A stretch of 63,962 nucleotides of DNA, filler included, from Basidiobolus ranarum (GCA_040143965.1; 3 parts of 3 records of this genome joined end to end with filler, not necessarily neighbours in it), one strand, 5' to 3'. Positions 13,155 through 26,540 are shown, counted from the whole stretch's first letter. Numbers and translations: made by a program. Notes: generated from the letters alone by a model not told the origin.

Positions 13155-13720
13155 ATTTGAAAAGAAAACCCTCGAAATAAAGCGTGTTTGAAATTAATCA
13201 AGAGAGGTTCATATACCCTTTCCCCTCTCTCATCCATTGTAAAGTTAATTTGAATCGAAATTTTCTGGATTCATCAAAATTTTACTCTCGTCATTTTTGG
13301 GGATATTAATTAGATGTTAGTAATATTCTATATTCTTCAAAGTCGATCATTTTTGTGATAAATTAGATAATTAATCAGAGAAGAGTCGCCTTCTTCAATA
13401 TATTATTATATGGATTTGATGATTAAAATAGTGGAAAATTCCCTTAACCATAAGGCGCATATTTATTACTGTCACTTTTAATCTCGTCATATCTGAAGCA
13501 AAACCCAAGTCCTGAATTACTTGCATATATGAAAGGAAAGAGGATTTGGTTTGTCATCAGATTTCTTTACTATCAACTAATGTTTAAACTGAAGAACCAT
13601 GAAGAAACTTACAAAAGATGCACATCGAAAATTAAGTAATTCAATAAAAAGTAAAGGAAAGGGAAAAAATGGATCTTTTGGATGATCATGAATAAATTTA
13701 TATAGCCATTTACTGTGTAT

Positions 13721-14917
13721 TTATGGGTTGGATAAAAGCCACTCTACAGCACTGTTGACATTCCCTCCAGTAGCAAGTAAAGCACGGATGTTCTTGGAAG
13801 CATCCCAAAAGCCCATCTCATTCAGTTGTTGAAGTTGAACTTGGAAACGCTCCTCAGGGGGTTGTTGGTTTTGTTGTTGAGCTTGTGGGGAAGCGGCACC
13901 ACCCATCATTTGCTGAAGCATGGAAAGGGCTGCGGCAGGATCAGCGCCAAAAGGACTAGCTCCTCCACTAGGATTGTACATTCCGAATGGATTAGCAGCT
14001 CCAGAATTGGGTGAGGTAGGGTTGGTAGCGTTGCTTGAATCAGTTCCACTTCTGGGTGCTTCGGGGGTGGTAGGAGAGGTGACACCAGCATTAGGAGCGC
14101 CACCGAATCCACCGAAGTTATTCATTCCTCCAAAACCTCCACCCATGCCACCGCCCATTCCACCAAGAGATTGGGTCATCTGGAACATGTTACGGAGCAT
14201 ATTGGGGTCACTCAACATCTGTCGAAATTGTGGTGTGTTAATCATGCCTCTCATTTCAGGAGGAAGGTTTTGGAATTGTGGGCTGTTAGAAAGCATATGC
14301 TCAACAAACTGAGGATTCTGGAAAAGTGTAGACATGGAACTCATAACTTCGGGATTACTGAATAAGGCATTCATCATAGAAGGATCCATGGGAGGCATAC
14401 CGCCAGCACCGGCGCCAAATCCACCCATGCCACCAGCACCAAATCCACCCATGCCACCAAAGGCTCCAAGACCATCGCCACCACCAAACATGTTACCAAA
14501 GGCAGCCATAGGGTTAGCATTCTGTTGACTATCTGGTTGGCTATCAGGAACTGTTGTGGGATTAGAAGGTTGTTGCTCGGTAGTAGGTTGAGGTGCAGCA
14601 GCTCTAGGAGCTTTAAAAGCAAAGATTGGTAAATTAGGTAAACAAATAGCAGGGTATTTATAAAATTAGTTACTTTGTTGGCCAGGAGCAGCACCACGGA
14701 CCATATGGATGGTGTTTCCATCAGCAATCTTGTAGCTTTCTACGGTATCAGCATCCTTTAGCACTCTACCAGAAAAGATGAGGCGTTGACGTTCAGCAGG
14801 GGTATCAGACTTTTCGGCGATTGCTTCTTTGAGTTCCAAGACGGTTTTTTCCGTATCAATAGCTACGGAGTACTTGGTCTCGTTGGAACATTTAATATTA
14901 ATAGTAATTTCAGGCAT
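13721..14917 (-). CDS. DSK2: Ubiquilin / Dsk2 ubiquitin receptor (UBL-STI1-UBA), 2 exons
   Basis: UBL domain ([12 protein letters not shown]...TIHMVR), a Met/Gly-rich STI1 region, and a UBA domain ([18 protein letters not shown]...[20 protein letters not shown]). Confidence 0.95.
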
Positions 14918-15427
14918 TATGAGACAAACGTCAAAAGAGAATAAGGAAGTAAAGAAGCTGCAGTGCTAATGTAAATAGGATATGAAAATGGATAAATCAA
15001 GGGGATCGAGAGATTCACTAGTCCTCAGAAAAATACTTGTAACGACTACGGTGAATTGGCTACGGGTATCTACTAGATTGGCTATGATAAAATAAAATAC
15101 TGATCACTCCTTAAATCTAGAACTTTCTTATTGGCCTCATCCATTGAGTGACGCGGAGTCAATCGTTCATACGGGGTGGCCAATGATTGAGCTTGTATGT
15201 GTTGGAATTCAATCAAGTTACCAGAGTTTATACACGCCTTTGATGTAACAGCAGAGACTGCGACTAATGTAGATATCCAAATGTGGATAGAAGGCCAAAG
15301 AAAAATATGGCATTTCGTATTTTTGTTATGGAATTTATTGTAACAAAGATTGACTCAATGAAGCATGGAATTATCTAAACGAAGAAAGAAATGCTGTAAA
15401 TTATGGAGAATGAAGATGAGATTTCAT

Positions 15428-16662
15428 TTAATTGCTAGAATAATATTGCTCCCAAAGGGACTTCGCGAACTTGACCAAGTTTTCATGTTGCTGAACAATT
15501 TGACGTAGCTCTGAGTTGGGGAGGGGTGCTGCCAATATGGTATGTAGATAGGCGAACACAACAGCATCAAGATAACCGGCTTTCTCGCTTTGGATGAAGA
15601 TGTGTTATACGGTGACCATCCATAGAAATCAAATTACACGCACTTACCCAGAAAAGTATTCCGCGTCTCCAAGACGATTAGACAAAGCCTGAAGAGCTTG
15701 AGAGGCTTCGTTGTAAATCTAAGTAAAAATATGTAGTTTAGATCGATGAACTCCAAAGCTTTAAGGGGTTCTACGAACCTCTTCCTTCAATAGGATAGGC
15801 TTCTTGGTCAATAAGAAGTCAATCACTGTGGAGCGCATTTTGTAACCAATGAGCTTGTCTAGGGGCCAGATATAGGACTTTGTGTATTTTTCAAATGTTT
15901 GTTCGGAGTAGTTGGAGGCCTCACACCAGAAATAAAAGAGCTAACAAGTCATTGATATTTAATATAACTCGACAGAGCATGATATACGGTTAAAAGAGAG
16001 GACTCACGGTGGCAACTTTGATGTTAGTCTCAACAAGAGAAACAAAGGCCTTGTCGTCACCACTAATAAGCTCGTCTCCTTCAGGAGCATACTTCTCAGG
16101 ATCCTATTGAAATCGTAAAGGTTACATATATAGCTCTTAAACAAACCTCATGACAAAGCATGCTTACCTGGCCCTTGGCATACTTCAAAATCTTCTCTCC
16201 TGTCAAACATTTCTTCTCTACAGTAACTAGATATGGAAGTTGTTCTAAAAGAAAATGCGCGCTTTTTAGTCTTGGTCTCAGTTAAGATAATGTAACTCAA
16301 CCAAAACATAAAGTTAATGCTAACCATCGGGGGATTGAGAAGGCTCATTTGAATAAACAATATCGTAATCATAAGCCAAAATATTTAAATATGTCTGTTT
16401 AAAAATAAGTAAGTAATGGGAGCAATGAAGTGATATTAGGAAGTCTAATCCTTTTGAATTGAGTAATACCTACCTGCCATTTCAAACATTCAGGGTCAAA
16501 AGAAGTTGGTTGATTCTTCCAACCAGGGCCATAGGTAACTAAAGTGGGTTTGGAAAGCTCGGCAGGAGTGAAAACAGAGGGATGGACGTACACTGGAAAT
16601 TGATCTAAACGAAGTTGTTTAGAAAGTTCGGCAGCTTTTCTCGAGAAGGCGGTGGAATTCAT
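15428..16662 (-). CDS. Metaxin-like mitochondrial outer-membrane SAM complex subunit (Sam35/Sam37 family), multi-exon
   Basis: N-terminal 'DQFPVYVH...PTSFDPECLKWQ'. GST-C-like end 'ALQALSNRLGDAEYFSG...LDAVVFAYLHTILAAPLPNSELRQIVQQHENLVKFAKSLWEQYYSSN*'. Internal exon boundaries were not fully resolved. Confidence 0.75.
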
Positions 16663-17068
16663 ATTTGTAGAAACTAAGCCGTTATATTACTACTAAACCA
16701 AGCCTTCCTATACTCAACAATGATACTTTTCACACATCACAAAACTACTCCACAAAAAAGATTTTTGGGGCAGATAAAAATGTATAACGGATTTAGTCAA
16801 CTATAATCAGCAAATAATGATTACACTTAACCACCTAACCCTAACCCATAGCTCTTGGTTTACATTTTATATTGCAATATATTGGTGAAATTTTACTCTA
16901 TTTTATGGGCATAGTGAAGCCGTAGTGCATCGAGAAGAACAAATGGATGTTCTCTTCATTTGAAGAAGGGGTTTATTTAAATAACAGGGACATGAATGAT
17001 TCTTGTTAGAATAGAGTTTTGCTACTGGGCTAAACCAATTCAAATTTTAATATGTGAGGAAATGCGGA

Positions 17069-17346
17069 TTACTTCGAACTTGAGTCTCTTCTAGCGTCAG
17101 TTAGCATCTGGTCAATGCCTTTTTCTTTAATTACTTTCTGTAATGAAGGGTTGTTAAAAGAGTGATAGTTGACATTCAGAACATAAAATCACTTACCATG
17201 ACGCATGCTTTGTATTCAGTAAATATTTCTTCACATTTCGAGTCAGGCTCAGTCTCTCCCTTCAGAAACTTCTCCGAATACCATTTATTAAAGCAACTAT
17301 CGTAAGTATGCTTCAGCTCTGTACAATCTTTACCAATGCTCTCCAT
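17069..17346 (-). CDS. MDM35: Mdm35/TRIAP1 twin-CX9C intermembrane-space protein (2 exons)
   Basis: MESIGKDCTELKHTYDSCFNKWYSEKFLKGETEPDSKCEEIFTEYKACVM|KVIKEKGIDQMLTDARRDSSSK*. Not in the ORF track. Confidence 0.9.
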
Positions 17347-17782
17347 ATTATGAGGTCAGGTAAAGGTCAAATTCTCCAAATTTATTCTTTTAATTCACCC
17401 GCCAGAGTTCTCAAATTCCTTCCAAAATCCGCAATCAAATATTCCGGAATTAAATGGTTATTTTTAAATTGTTTAAATAGCTTAGAGAATCGAAGATAGT
17501 GTAGATAGAGTTGGTTAGCACTACTAAGTAGTCTTTGGTGGTGACTCTACCATTCCAAAATTCAAATATATAGACAATAGAACAAATGTTTGTATGGTTT
17601 ATGAATAAATAAGATGACCACAGCAAGTACAAAGCAGTTGAGAATACAGATGCCTAGGGAGAGGTATAATGGGGTTGTAACTTACAAAGGTGCCAAGCAT
17701 TAATAGACAACTACTCGAATGGGAATTATTGAATCAACTAACAGTATATAGTAGAGCTTAGCCCTAACCCTAAGTATAGAGC

Positions 17783-19451
17783 TTATGGGCCAAGATTATG
17801 CAAGCGTTCTGCCAAATCACCAATGCGCATATCTATAGTTTCAATATTTCGCTGCAAGGTAATGGTATTCTCATCCAGACTAGCTTCCAACTATACAATA
17901 AATAATATTAGCTTACGGCTCTTACTAGAATCCCAAGAAAACTCAATTCTCACATTTTTGAAAATCTCTGACAGCCCTGACCCATCTTCCTCAATCTTCT
18001 TCTGCTCTTGGGAAATCAAGTGAATAGATTCTGCTACGTGGTTGACTTCCAAGTGTAAGCTTTGTAAGCTACTGAGGCGAGTGAGTAATGAAGGAGTCAA
18101 AGTGACTAAGGGATCGATTTTTTCGACTACTTGGTGGAGTCGTTCCAGCTAAAAGATTGTTTGTAAGTGTTGATCAATGAGTACTACTTGTGATGTCGCT
18201 TACTCTATTCTCCGATTCTTTGCTAATCATAGTATTTTCTGTATCCTTTCGTTGAGTCTCAGAAAGATGTTGAAGCTCACTTTGTAACATCTTTACTCGA
18301 CGTTCAACAACATCCAGCTGAGGCCCAGCAGTAAATAAATTAAGCTGCTTGCTCAATTGAGAAACGGACGAAACCAAATCTTGGTTCGTTTCATTCTTGA
18401 ATCGTAATTATCGAGTCAGTGAAGAGAAACTATAACACAGGCTGACATACACCTACTTCAATGCTTTGCTTTCCCACGAGCTCTTCTAAGGCTTTGAGAC
18501 GAGGCTCCAATTCAATGGCATTTAGTGTTTCCAGATGTCCGCTTAATTTACCATTTTCTTCCTAAAATAATGTTGTATTGGCATTAAGGAAACAAGAGTC
18601 TATAATGGTGTACAGCTCACCTCTGTTCTTTGTGTCAAATCCTTATCAAGGGTAAAAGATTGGAGCTTACTAAGTATTGAATCAGTCTCTGCAGATGACA
18701 CTTGTTTATCTAGCCCTTGGCCGATTCGACCAAGGCTACTCTGTAGAAGCTGAACCTGTTTCAGCAATGATGAATGAGATACATCATTTTCCTTGTCTTT
18801 TTGCTCATCCTAAATTTCACTTGTTAGAGTACGCTTAAGAAATCTTATTATCGTGTAAGAACACCTTGGTGATATCTTCCCCAAGCTCCTGAACTTCATA
18901 AATCAAGCGACGTAGCTTTTGTCTGGGCGTCTCTAGCTCTATTTCCGACTCAATTTCATCGCGGTTCAAAATAGCACTGCGAACATATGCCTTATACATT
19001 GCTCGACGATGACGGGTTACGGATCTTTTAGCATCTGTTTGAGAATTAATCAGCAAACATAAATTCCATTTCGAACAATCAGAAACTCATAGAAATATCT
19101 TACCTTCATCATCTTCACAAACACTCTTGAACTTGGCGGCTGCCTCAGTAGCAGTAATGGAACTCTTAATAATATCTTCATTGTCAGGTTCAGATTCTTC
19201 ATCCTGACACAAGTGTTGAATAATTAAGTAAGTGTTTCTTCTTATGCATGCTAAAAATAGAGAAAATATATCCATACAGATTCCTCCGCATTCGTTTGAG
19301 TTTTTACTGGTGCTATATTAGGAGTTTCATAAACTTCTGGCTCAGTATCCTAAACGAAATAGGAGAATTTTAATTGTTGCATTCAAGATGGAGTACAGTA
19401 ATAAGATTCGTGTACAATATCAGGCAAAGAAGAATATTTGGAAGGTAACAT
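17783..19451 (-). CDS. DCTN2: Dynactin subunit 2 (dynamitin/p50), multi-exon
   Basis: MLPSKYSSLPDI|DTEPEVYETP..., 'ETPRQKLRRLIYEVQELGE', 'QLDVVERRVKMLQSEL', 'PSLLTRLSSLQSLH', followed by a coiled-coil C-terminus. Confidence 0.85.
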
Positions 19452-19754
19452 TTTGCGAATAGGAAACTTAGACTACAAGCTTACGGATGCCTTGTTTATA
19501 ATTATTGACCTGTTGAAGAGCTATTCCTTGTTATTACTATTAAAGTAAAGATTCAGATTTTACGTACATTTTTTGTTTAAAGGTATACTTATTTGTATCC
19601 CCTATAACTCGGATCATTTATGATGACGAAATATATATTAATTCAAACATTGTATGCTCAGTATATGAATAAATAATCAATTTCCATTAAACTTAAAAAT
19701 ACTTGGTACTCAAGCTACTTCTCAATTTGAAACAATTCAGAAAGTAGTTGAAAG

Positions 19755-21403
19755 ATGGCTGGTGTTCGGGAGGCAAAAGCTTTTTTGAGTTCAGTTTACC
19801 AACGTTCTGAGGAATCTTCACACAAGAGACCATACGTAACACTTGCATATGCCCAAAGCTTAGATGGCAAAACTTCCGGTCCAGGTGGCAAACAAGTTGC
19901 TTTTAGTAGCAATGAATCCTTGGCTATGTCCCATCGGTAAATATTCGCTAGCTGTATTCTATTGAACCTTACCTTTAACTCCATTTAAATGCTAAGCCTG
20001 CGGATGATAAACGATGGGATTTTACTCGGTGTTGGGACCGTACTCAATGATGATCCTCGATTAACAGGTAGTTAGTTACATGTTAATATTGATTGCTTTT
20101 CGAGTTTTAATACTAAAAACTGCTTTTAGCACGAATTGTCGAGCCTAATGAAATTCCTGTTCAACCACAACCAATAATTCTTGATTCTAAACTTCGTTTT
20201 CCTCTAAGGTCAAATTTAATTCTAAGCGCTTCACAAGGCGGCGGAAAGTATCCTTGGATTTTCTGTGCCCCTGATTATTCTCCTCAACGTCGCCAGGTAT
20301 TCTATTGATGTTATTTATCCTGGACGGCAAATATCACTAACAATGACTAGGCCCTTGAAGCTGCCGGTGTTCAGATTTTTGTTGTTTCTAGCCAAGGCGA
20401 TAAATTATCTATACCCGAGATACTTAGAAAAACTGAAGAACTCGGGATTCGTAAACTAATGGTAGAAGGTGGCTCGAATGTCATACGTGAATTCTTAGCT
20501 TCCGGATACATAGACCTTTGCGTAATTACTTTAGCTCCTGTATATATTGGTGGTACTGGTGCATCATCTGTGGTAGATGGAGATGTAAGTTTTTCGAATG
20601 TATTACCACTTAATATATCGAAACTAACTCTAATCTCATGATAGAACCGACCTTTATCAAAACTGAGTGACATAAGATATCATCAATTCGGAATAGATAT
20701 GGTTGTTGTTGGCTATGCTTCGCCTACTAGCCACGTAGGCTCTGTACATGGTGACTCTCAAAACCAATTCCAACAGGCCGCTTATCCACCTAGTGGTACC
20801 CATCCTTCTAGTCAACAGTCATATGGTGGTAATATTGCTCCATCCTCTGGCTACCCTCCAAGTCATGGTTCTGGATATCCTCCAAGTAATAATTCTGGAT
20901 ATCCTCCAAACAATAGTTCAGGATATCCACCAAGCAACAATTCTGGCTATCCTCCTGGTAATAGTTCTGGTTACCCCCCAACTTCACCCACAAGTAACTA
21001 TCCACATACGTCACCAGCCGGCGGATATCCACCTCAAGCCTCCCAAACTGGCGGCTATTCTCAGAGACCTCAAGGTGGAGTATATCCACCGAAACTTGAA
21101 GCTGGACCACCACTTCCTCCACGTACCGGCACTAATATCAGTCCTCAGCAAGGATATCCTCCAACTATCGGGCCATATCCTCCAAAGACCACTTCTCCAG
21201 TACAATCCGTGCCTGGCCGTGTCTCATCTCCTCAAGGATACTCTTCACCTCACGGCTCCATATATCCACCACAGGGAAGCTCGGGTTATCCACCACAAGG
21301 AAATTCAGGCTACCCCCCGGCTGTCTCGGCTCCACCAAAGAGAGATACGGGCTATCCACCACAAGGAGGTTCAGGCTATCCACCACAAGGCGGCTCAGGA
21401 TAA
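19755..21403 (+). CDS. RIB7: RibD-C/Rib7-type pyrimidine reductase fused to a long Gly/Tyr/Pro/Ser repeat tail (multi-exon; 3' end probably truncated)
   Basis: Motifs RPYVTLAYAQSLDGK, DGILLGVGTVLNDDPRL, PQPIILDSKLRFP and LMVEGGSNVIREFL. Intron 20585-20644 joins in frame to NRPLSKLSDIRYHQFGIDMVVVG and then more than 220 aa of GYPP repeats. Confidence 0.85.
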
Positions 21404-21471
21404 CCACCACACGGAGCAGCGGGATATCACCCCCCACCAGGATCAGGATCACCAAAGAAAGATGACGGATC

Positions 21472-21571
21472 NNNNNNNNNNNNNNNNNNNNNNNNNNNNN
21501 NNNNNNNNNNNNNNNTTAATTAATTAANNNNNNNNNNNNNNNNNNNNNNNNNNNNNNNNNNNNNNNNNNNN
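21472..21571. other. Artificial contig-joining spacer (N44-TTAATTAATTAA-N44)
   Basis: 100-nt N run with a palindromic six-frame stop core at 21516-21527. Confidence 0.97.
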
Positions 21572-21705
21572 GTATCCAAATTGGTGCCTTGGGAGCCATG
21601 GCCCCATCTCGTAAGAAGGATCTTGCCGAACTTGCCTTCTCCGCTATGTTGTGTGGTACCATGTCTAAACTTATGAGCGCCACCATCGCTGGTATGTTAC
21701 TCTGA
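21572..21705 (+). CDS. 3' fragment of a concentrative nucleoside transporter (CNT/SLC28/NupC family)
   Basis: xIQIGALGAMAPSRKKDLAELAFSAMLCGTMSKLMSATIAGMLL* matches the conserved CNT C-terminus. The rest of the gene is lost at the contig start. Confidence 0.85.
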
Positions 21706-24700
21706 TACCCCTATTTCCCGGCAGTGATCATTGAACTTGTCTGTAGCAAATATGATTTATCCAAGAAAAAGGTGTATTTTCAACCAATAGTCCGACCACA
21801 TCATTCATCATTCTCATTTACACTTGGATTTTTGCATCCACTCATCATTGCTATATGTACAGCTTTACAGCCCTTAGTTAAAGTTAATAAACAACCTAAT
21901 ACCTTGATCAACCTCAGCGAATCATCGATAGATGTTGGCCAAGGGAAGAAACATTTGCGAAAAATTCTATTCGTTTAGAATGTAGATCCATTAAAGATCC
22001 TCGCTCACATGGCCAATCGTAAGCGGATGATCATGATCCATATGGTAATGAGACCACTCGATAGGGAAATAAATTCTAATCGAATCGAATTCTTTGGTAC
22101 CTCTAGCCATTCAACGTTGAAGTATTGTGTAATGCGATTCCCTCTTTGGGGTTCCCCACACCGCTTCATTGGACTTGGGAATATTGCAGCGACTTATTGG
22201 TAGGTGATGCTATTAATGCGGCAAGTGTAACATCCAAAGAAAAAGAATTTTTCGAGTCTAGTTTCAAACCAACACAATACCATAGGGTAATGATCCCCAT
22301 TCTTTTTGTCAAAGATGGTGTAAATTTCCTTTCAAGCTCACTTTAATCATAGTTAATGGTTAAAAAGCTTAAATATGGGAGTATTAATTATGTAAGGGGA
22401 ATCTCGAAATTCCATGGATTTGTAAAATTTGGTCAAGATCTCCATCTGAGGGATAGGTGACTTTTCACTACGTTAATTCATCGAAATTTGAGGGTTTTTT
22501 TTTTGGTTGGTGACTTTCTCCTATTGTCCAATGCTAGAACACAGGACCCATTACTTGGAACTGACCAATACCAGACTATTTCATAGGCAACATCACACAC
22601 CATATCTCTATTTGGGGGGAGGGCTATGTCTGCACCTTATTGGATTTTATGTGTGAATAAGAAATCTGATCGTCCGTTTCCATTGTATCAGAGGGATTTC
22701 TTTTCATTCAATCGGCATAAATGGCACACCAAACGCCTGGTTGATATTCGCACACTGAAACCATTCTACTGATCTCTGTATGGTCAGAGTAACAATGCCG
22801 TGTAAGCTACATTAAAGGATGAATGATATGAAATTTTCAACCTACCATGACACGTTGACCTTAGCCGCTTGTTCATATCACATGAACCAACATTTCTTTT
22901 TCTAGGAACCAGGTGATCGTGGGTTTTATGGGTGTTCCTTCTAGTTACAGCTTTACTTCCATAAATGTCCGATGAATTTGTTTAGTCACCCTAATCACAC
23001 CAAAGCTAAATTAGAACGAAAGAAAAGCAGTAAATTCCCTATACAAAAGTGATTAATCAGAAGACCCCCTTTATGGTATTTTACCAATGGGCTAGATTAC
23101 ATGGGTATTACTGATGGTTCTTAGATGGTGGAAATCGATTATTACTTAACTAAATAAATGGATTGAGAAATATACTGCATCAACTAAGGTGGCGGGTAAG
23201 AGAGAACTTGATTCTAGAATTGGCTATTAATCTTTTGCTCTAGTACCTATGGAATAAGTCAAGTGTTGTCATGCATGTTTGTTTTGTTGGTCATTCTATG
23301 AGTTCTCACCTTTACTGGTGATAGATAAGATTAGGTTATATTATGTTATGATTCTACATATCATGAAAGCTATCAAATGCTCTATTGTATGTCCTCTGTA
23401 CGAGTTTAGATTCGAAGTATAATGGTGGCATATTTTTGCAAGTCTATCATAGCTTAGAAAACCCACCTGAGCCTAGGTAGAGTTGAGCAATGATTGCCAC
23501 AACGACTCACACCAGGACCTATGTAAAAAAACCTTCAATAAGGGATAATATGGCTGAATGACGGGAGCACGTAAAATAGTCCGAGGCTTCGTAAATGTTT
23601 CTCCACATGAGATTTAAAATGGTGCTGAATGGCCCAGGTTAAACGGCATTGACGAAAAGGGAATGGTTTATTACTCTTAGATGTAATAGAGTTATCTATA
23701 GAGTCTAAAGACGGTCATTGCTACTCCTTTGAATCATAGAATACAGTGAAACTAATCTCCCAAAAGTGAAACTCTGCGTGGAGATTCTCCCAGGAATGAT
23801 CGGTAAGATGCACGTAATACAGCCCATATTACTCCATGGCTCAAAAGGCCCTTACAGGGAGGGTCCTGAAAATCACCGATATTAAAGTTTGTAGTACGGA
23901 GAAACTCGAACAAGTTCACGTTTTGACAAGAGATGAAGAGTACTCGAAGAATATTACCATATATTGAGACATTGTTCAAACCAGGTGTGCGTAATATAAA
24001 GCAAGATGATCAAACGATCTGAAATTGGCTTTGTACATGGGAATTCCCAAGGCTGCGCCTACGTTCAATGGTTGAGAAACTTCTACTCCTTGTACTACAA
24101 TTTCCTTGAAACACATTCTCTTGAATGTAGACTTTTAAGTACAGGTTCATTTAGAAGTGTTCCATAAAGAGATGGGGATGTTTGAGGCGTTACTTTCAAA
24201 GGCAATCTCCACGTTGTCAGCATCATCACCATTCATTCAGTCATTTAATCACTCGATCATTCGAACAGGGCAAAAGGCGATCTACCAACCACTAATCCCA
24301 AGCAAGCATCACTCTAGAGAATCCACGCTTAGTAATGAAAAGGTCCAAACTGAACGGGTTTATCTTACACAATCAAATCGGTCCTGAGTGTTTGTTCAGT
24401 CTTCGAGACTCGATCCAGAAGGATCTTTAAATTCAGTATCGCTTATTGATTCTTACTGTCCAAGTAAATCAAACATTAGTCGATCTGGATAATCGTTCAT
24501 CGATCTAGGTCTGAACCATTGTGATGAAACCAGGCACAAAATGTGTTCCACGTCTTTTCTTCTGACTATATACGAGGGCATTGGGTTCGTTTAGAATTGA
24601 TCATACATGGACCGTTCAATGGTATGTACATTAATTCTTAATATATTAATCCTTCTATATATATTATGATATATAGTACAGGTAAAACATCGAAGCACTT

Positions 24701-24942
24701 CCAGAGCAACTGTTTGTTTCCAATATGACGTAGTGGTTCTACTGCGAAAATTTCATTTAAGTTTTTACTACTCGAATCTTCCACTATTACACAGGTGTAA
24801 ATTAAAGCCTGAGCATGATGTGATTTTGTAATTTCAGAGTGAAGGGTCAGTTCAATAATCAAGCCTTTGGATTTGGAGTTCTTGTCTGTTCCTTTATAAT
24901 GGACAATTATATATTACTTTGATTATTGGTAAGTTCTAAGCA

Positions 24943-26540
24943 AATGAACACAATATAAATATATGTTGGCTAAACTGAGTTGTACTATAAAAAATCCTCT
25001 AATCCCATCCAAAAATTCTATTTTGGCTAGATTGAAGCCAGGTAGTAGAGTGATCACTCTAGGTTAGGTTTTCTATGAGAGCCTAGAAGTAACAAATCAC
25101 TTTTGTTTTAAAAGCACAAGAAATCATATCACAAATGAGCAAATGAGCTCACCATTGGAGTACCCAAAGGGTTGTAGCTAAAGCCACCTGGTTTCTCATT
25201 TTCATGGTAAAGAATCCATATATCTGAGAACTTCCAAACACACTCCAATTGAGAATAGTAAGTGATATCTTGGTTCAATATAGGATAACTAAATACTAAG
25301 CTATATATGACTATATAGGTGCTTAGACAATGTTAACTGCAGCAGATAATTATAATTTGTTGATGATTTGGAAGTATTTTGGGTGTTTGCTGGAAGTTGT
25401 TCAGGAAACTAGAAAGAATTGATGGCTTTCACTTATTGATTAATTGCATTGAAAGTTGCTACTTATAGTTTTGCAAGTAGGTAAGCAAGTAAGTATGTAG
25501 TGTTAAAGTATTTGGGAGCCTGTTGGAAGTGGTTTGGAGAATTAGAGAAATTGGCGGTTTTCACTTATGGAATTATTAAGTAGAAAGTTGACATTTGTAG
25601 TTTTGTCAAGATGTAAGCAAAAAAACACATAGAATGTGTTAAGAGAGGTTTCAGGGCCATGTGTGCAAGTTTTGGTGCTTCTAGCACCAGTTATCAAAAT
25701 CTATATATCTGAGAACTTCTAAGTTGGTAAAAAATATTCCAAGTAAGTTCCAATTGCAAATAATGGATAATATCTTAGTTCAATATAAGATAACCAAGTA
25801 CTAAGCTATATATGACTATATAGGTGCTTAGGCAATACTAATTTCAATATCTTCATAGTACAACTCAGCTTAGCCAACATATATGTATATTATATTCATT
25901 AGTTGAGATTGTCTAATGAAAATGAAAATTTTCACCCAAAATGACCTCAGATGATGACAAAAATCAATTTTCTCCTGATCCAATCATTCAAATTGATTCA
26001 AACCAAAACAATGGAGAAAATAGCATTCCTGTGGACCCTTCAACCAAAAATGAGAATAATGGGTGAAATCTGAATATATATGTAACAATTAAATACCAAG
26101 CTATATATGACTATATAGATGTTTAGACTATGTTAATTTTAGCAAAATACAGGGTTATCAAATAACAGTTAGAGATACTAGCAGCTATTGAAATTAAAAT
26201 GGTATATATGTTAAAGAATTTGGGAACCTGTTGGAAATGGTTTGGAGAATCAGAGAAATTGGTAGTTTTCACTTATTGATTTATTGAGTATTCAAATGAC
26301 ATTTATAGTTTTGTGAAGATATAAGCAAACAAGCATGTAAAATGTGTTAAGGAAGGTCCCAGGAGCATGTGTGCAAATTTTGGGGCTTCTAGTACAAGTT
26401 TGAAGAATCCATATATCTGAGAACTTCTAAGTACACTCCTCTTGAGAATAGTAAGTGATATCTTAGTTCAATATAGGATAACTAAACACTAAGCTATATA
26501 TGACTATATAGGTGTTTAGGCAATGCTAATTTCAATAAAA
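24943..26540. repeat. Cluster of AT-rich repeat units with a ~50-bp inverted repeat pair (24943-24993 / 25850-25900); probable non-autonomous transposon remnant
   Basis: Recurrent blocks 'tttgggagcctgttggaagtggtttggagaattagagaaattgg' (~25370, 25501, 26210) and 'ctaagctatatatgactatataggtg' (~25296, 25801, 26096, 26489). aatgaacacaatataaatatatgttggctaaactgagttgtacta is mirrored at 25856-25900. Confidence 0.7.

Noticed and set aside
20748-21527. Alternative-frame and antisense ORFs over the GYPP tail, DSK2, ALDH and NRPS
   Set aside because: These are shadow ORFs produced by the codon bias or repetitiveness of the real genes, with no recognisable motifs.
23200-24650. Possible decayed gene fragments here and at ~30500-31700, ~40200-41200 and ~57200-57550
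   Set aside because: Short protein-like stretches are broken by stops and I recognise no family. BLASTX would be needed before calling pseudogenes.
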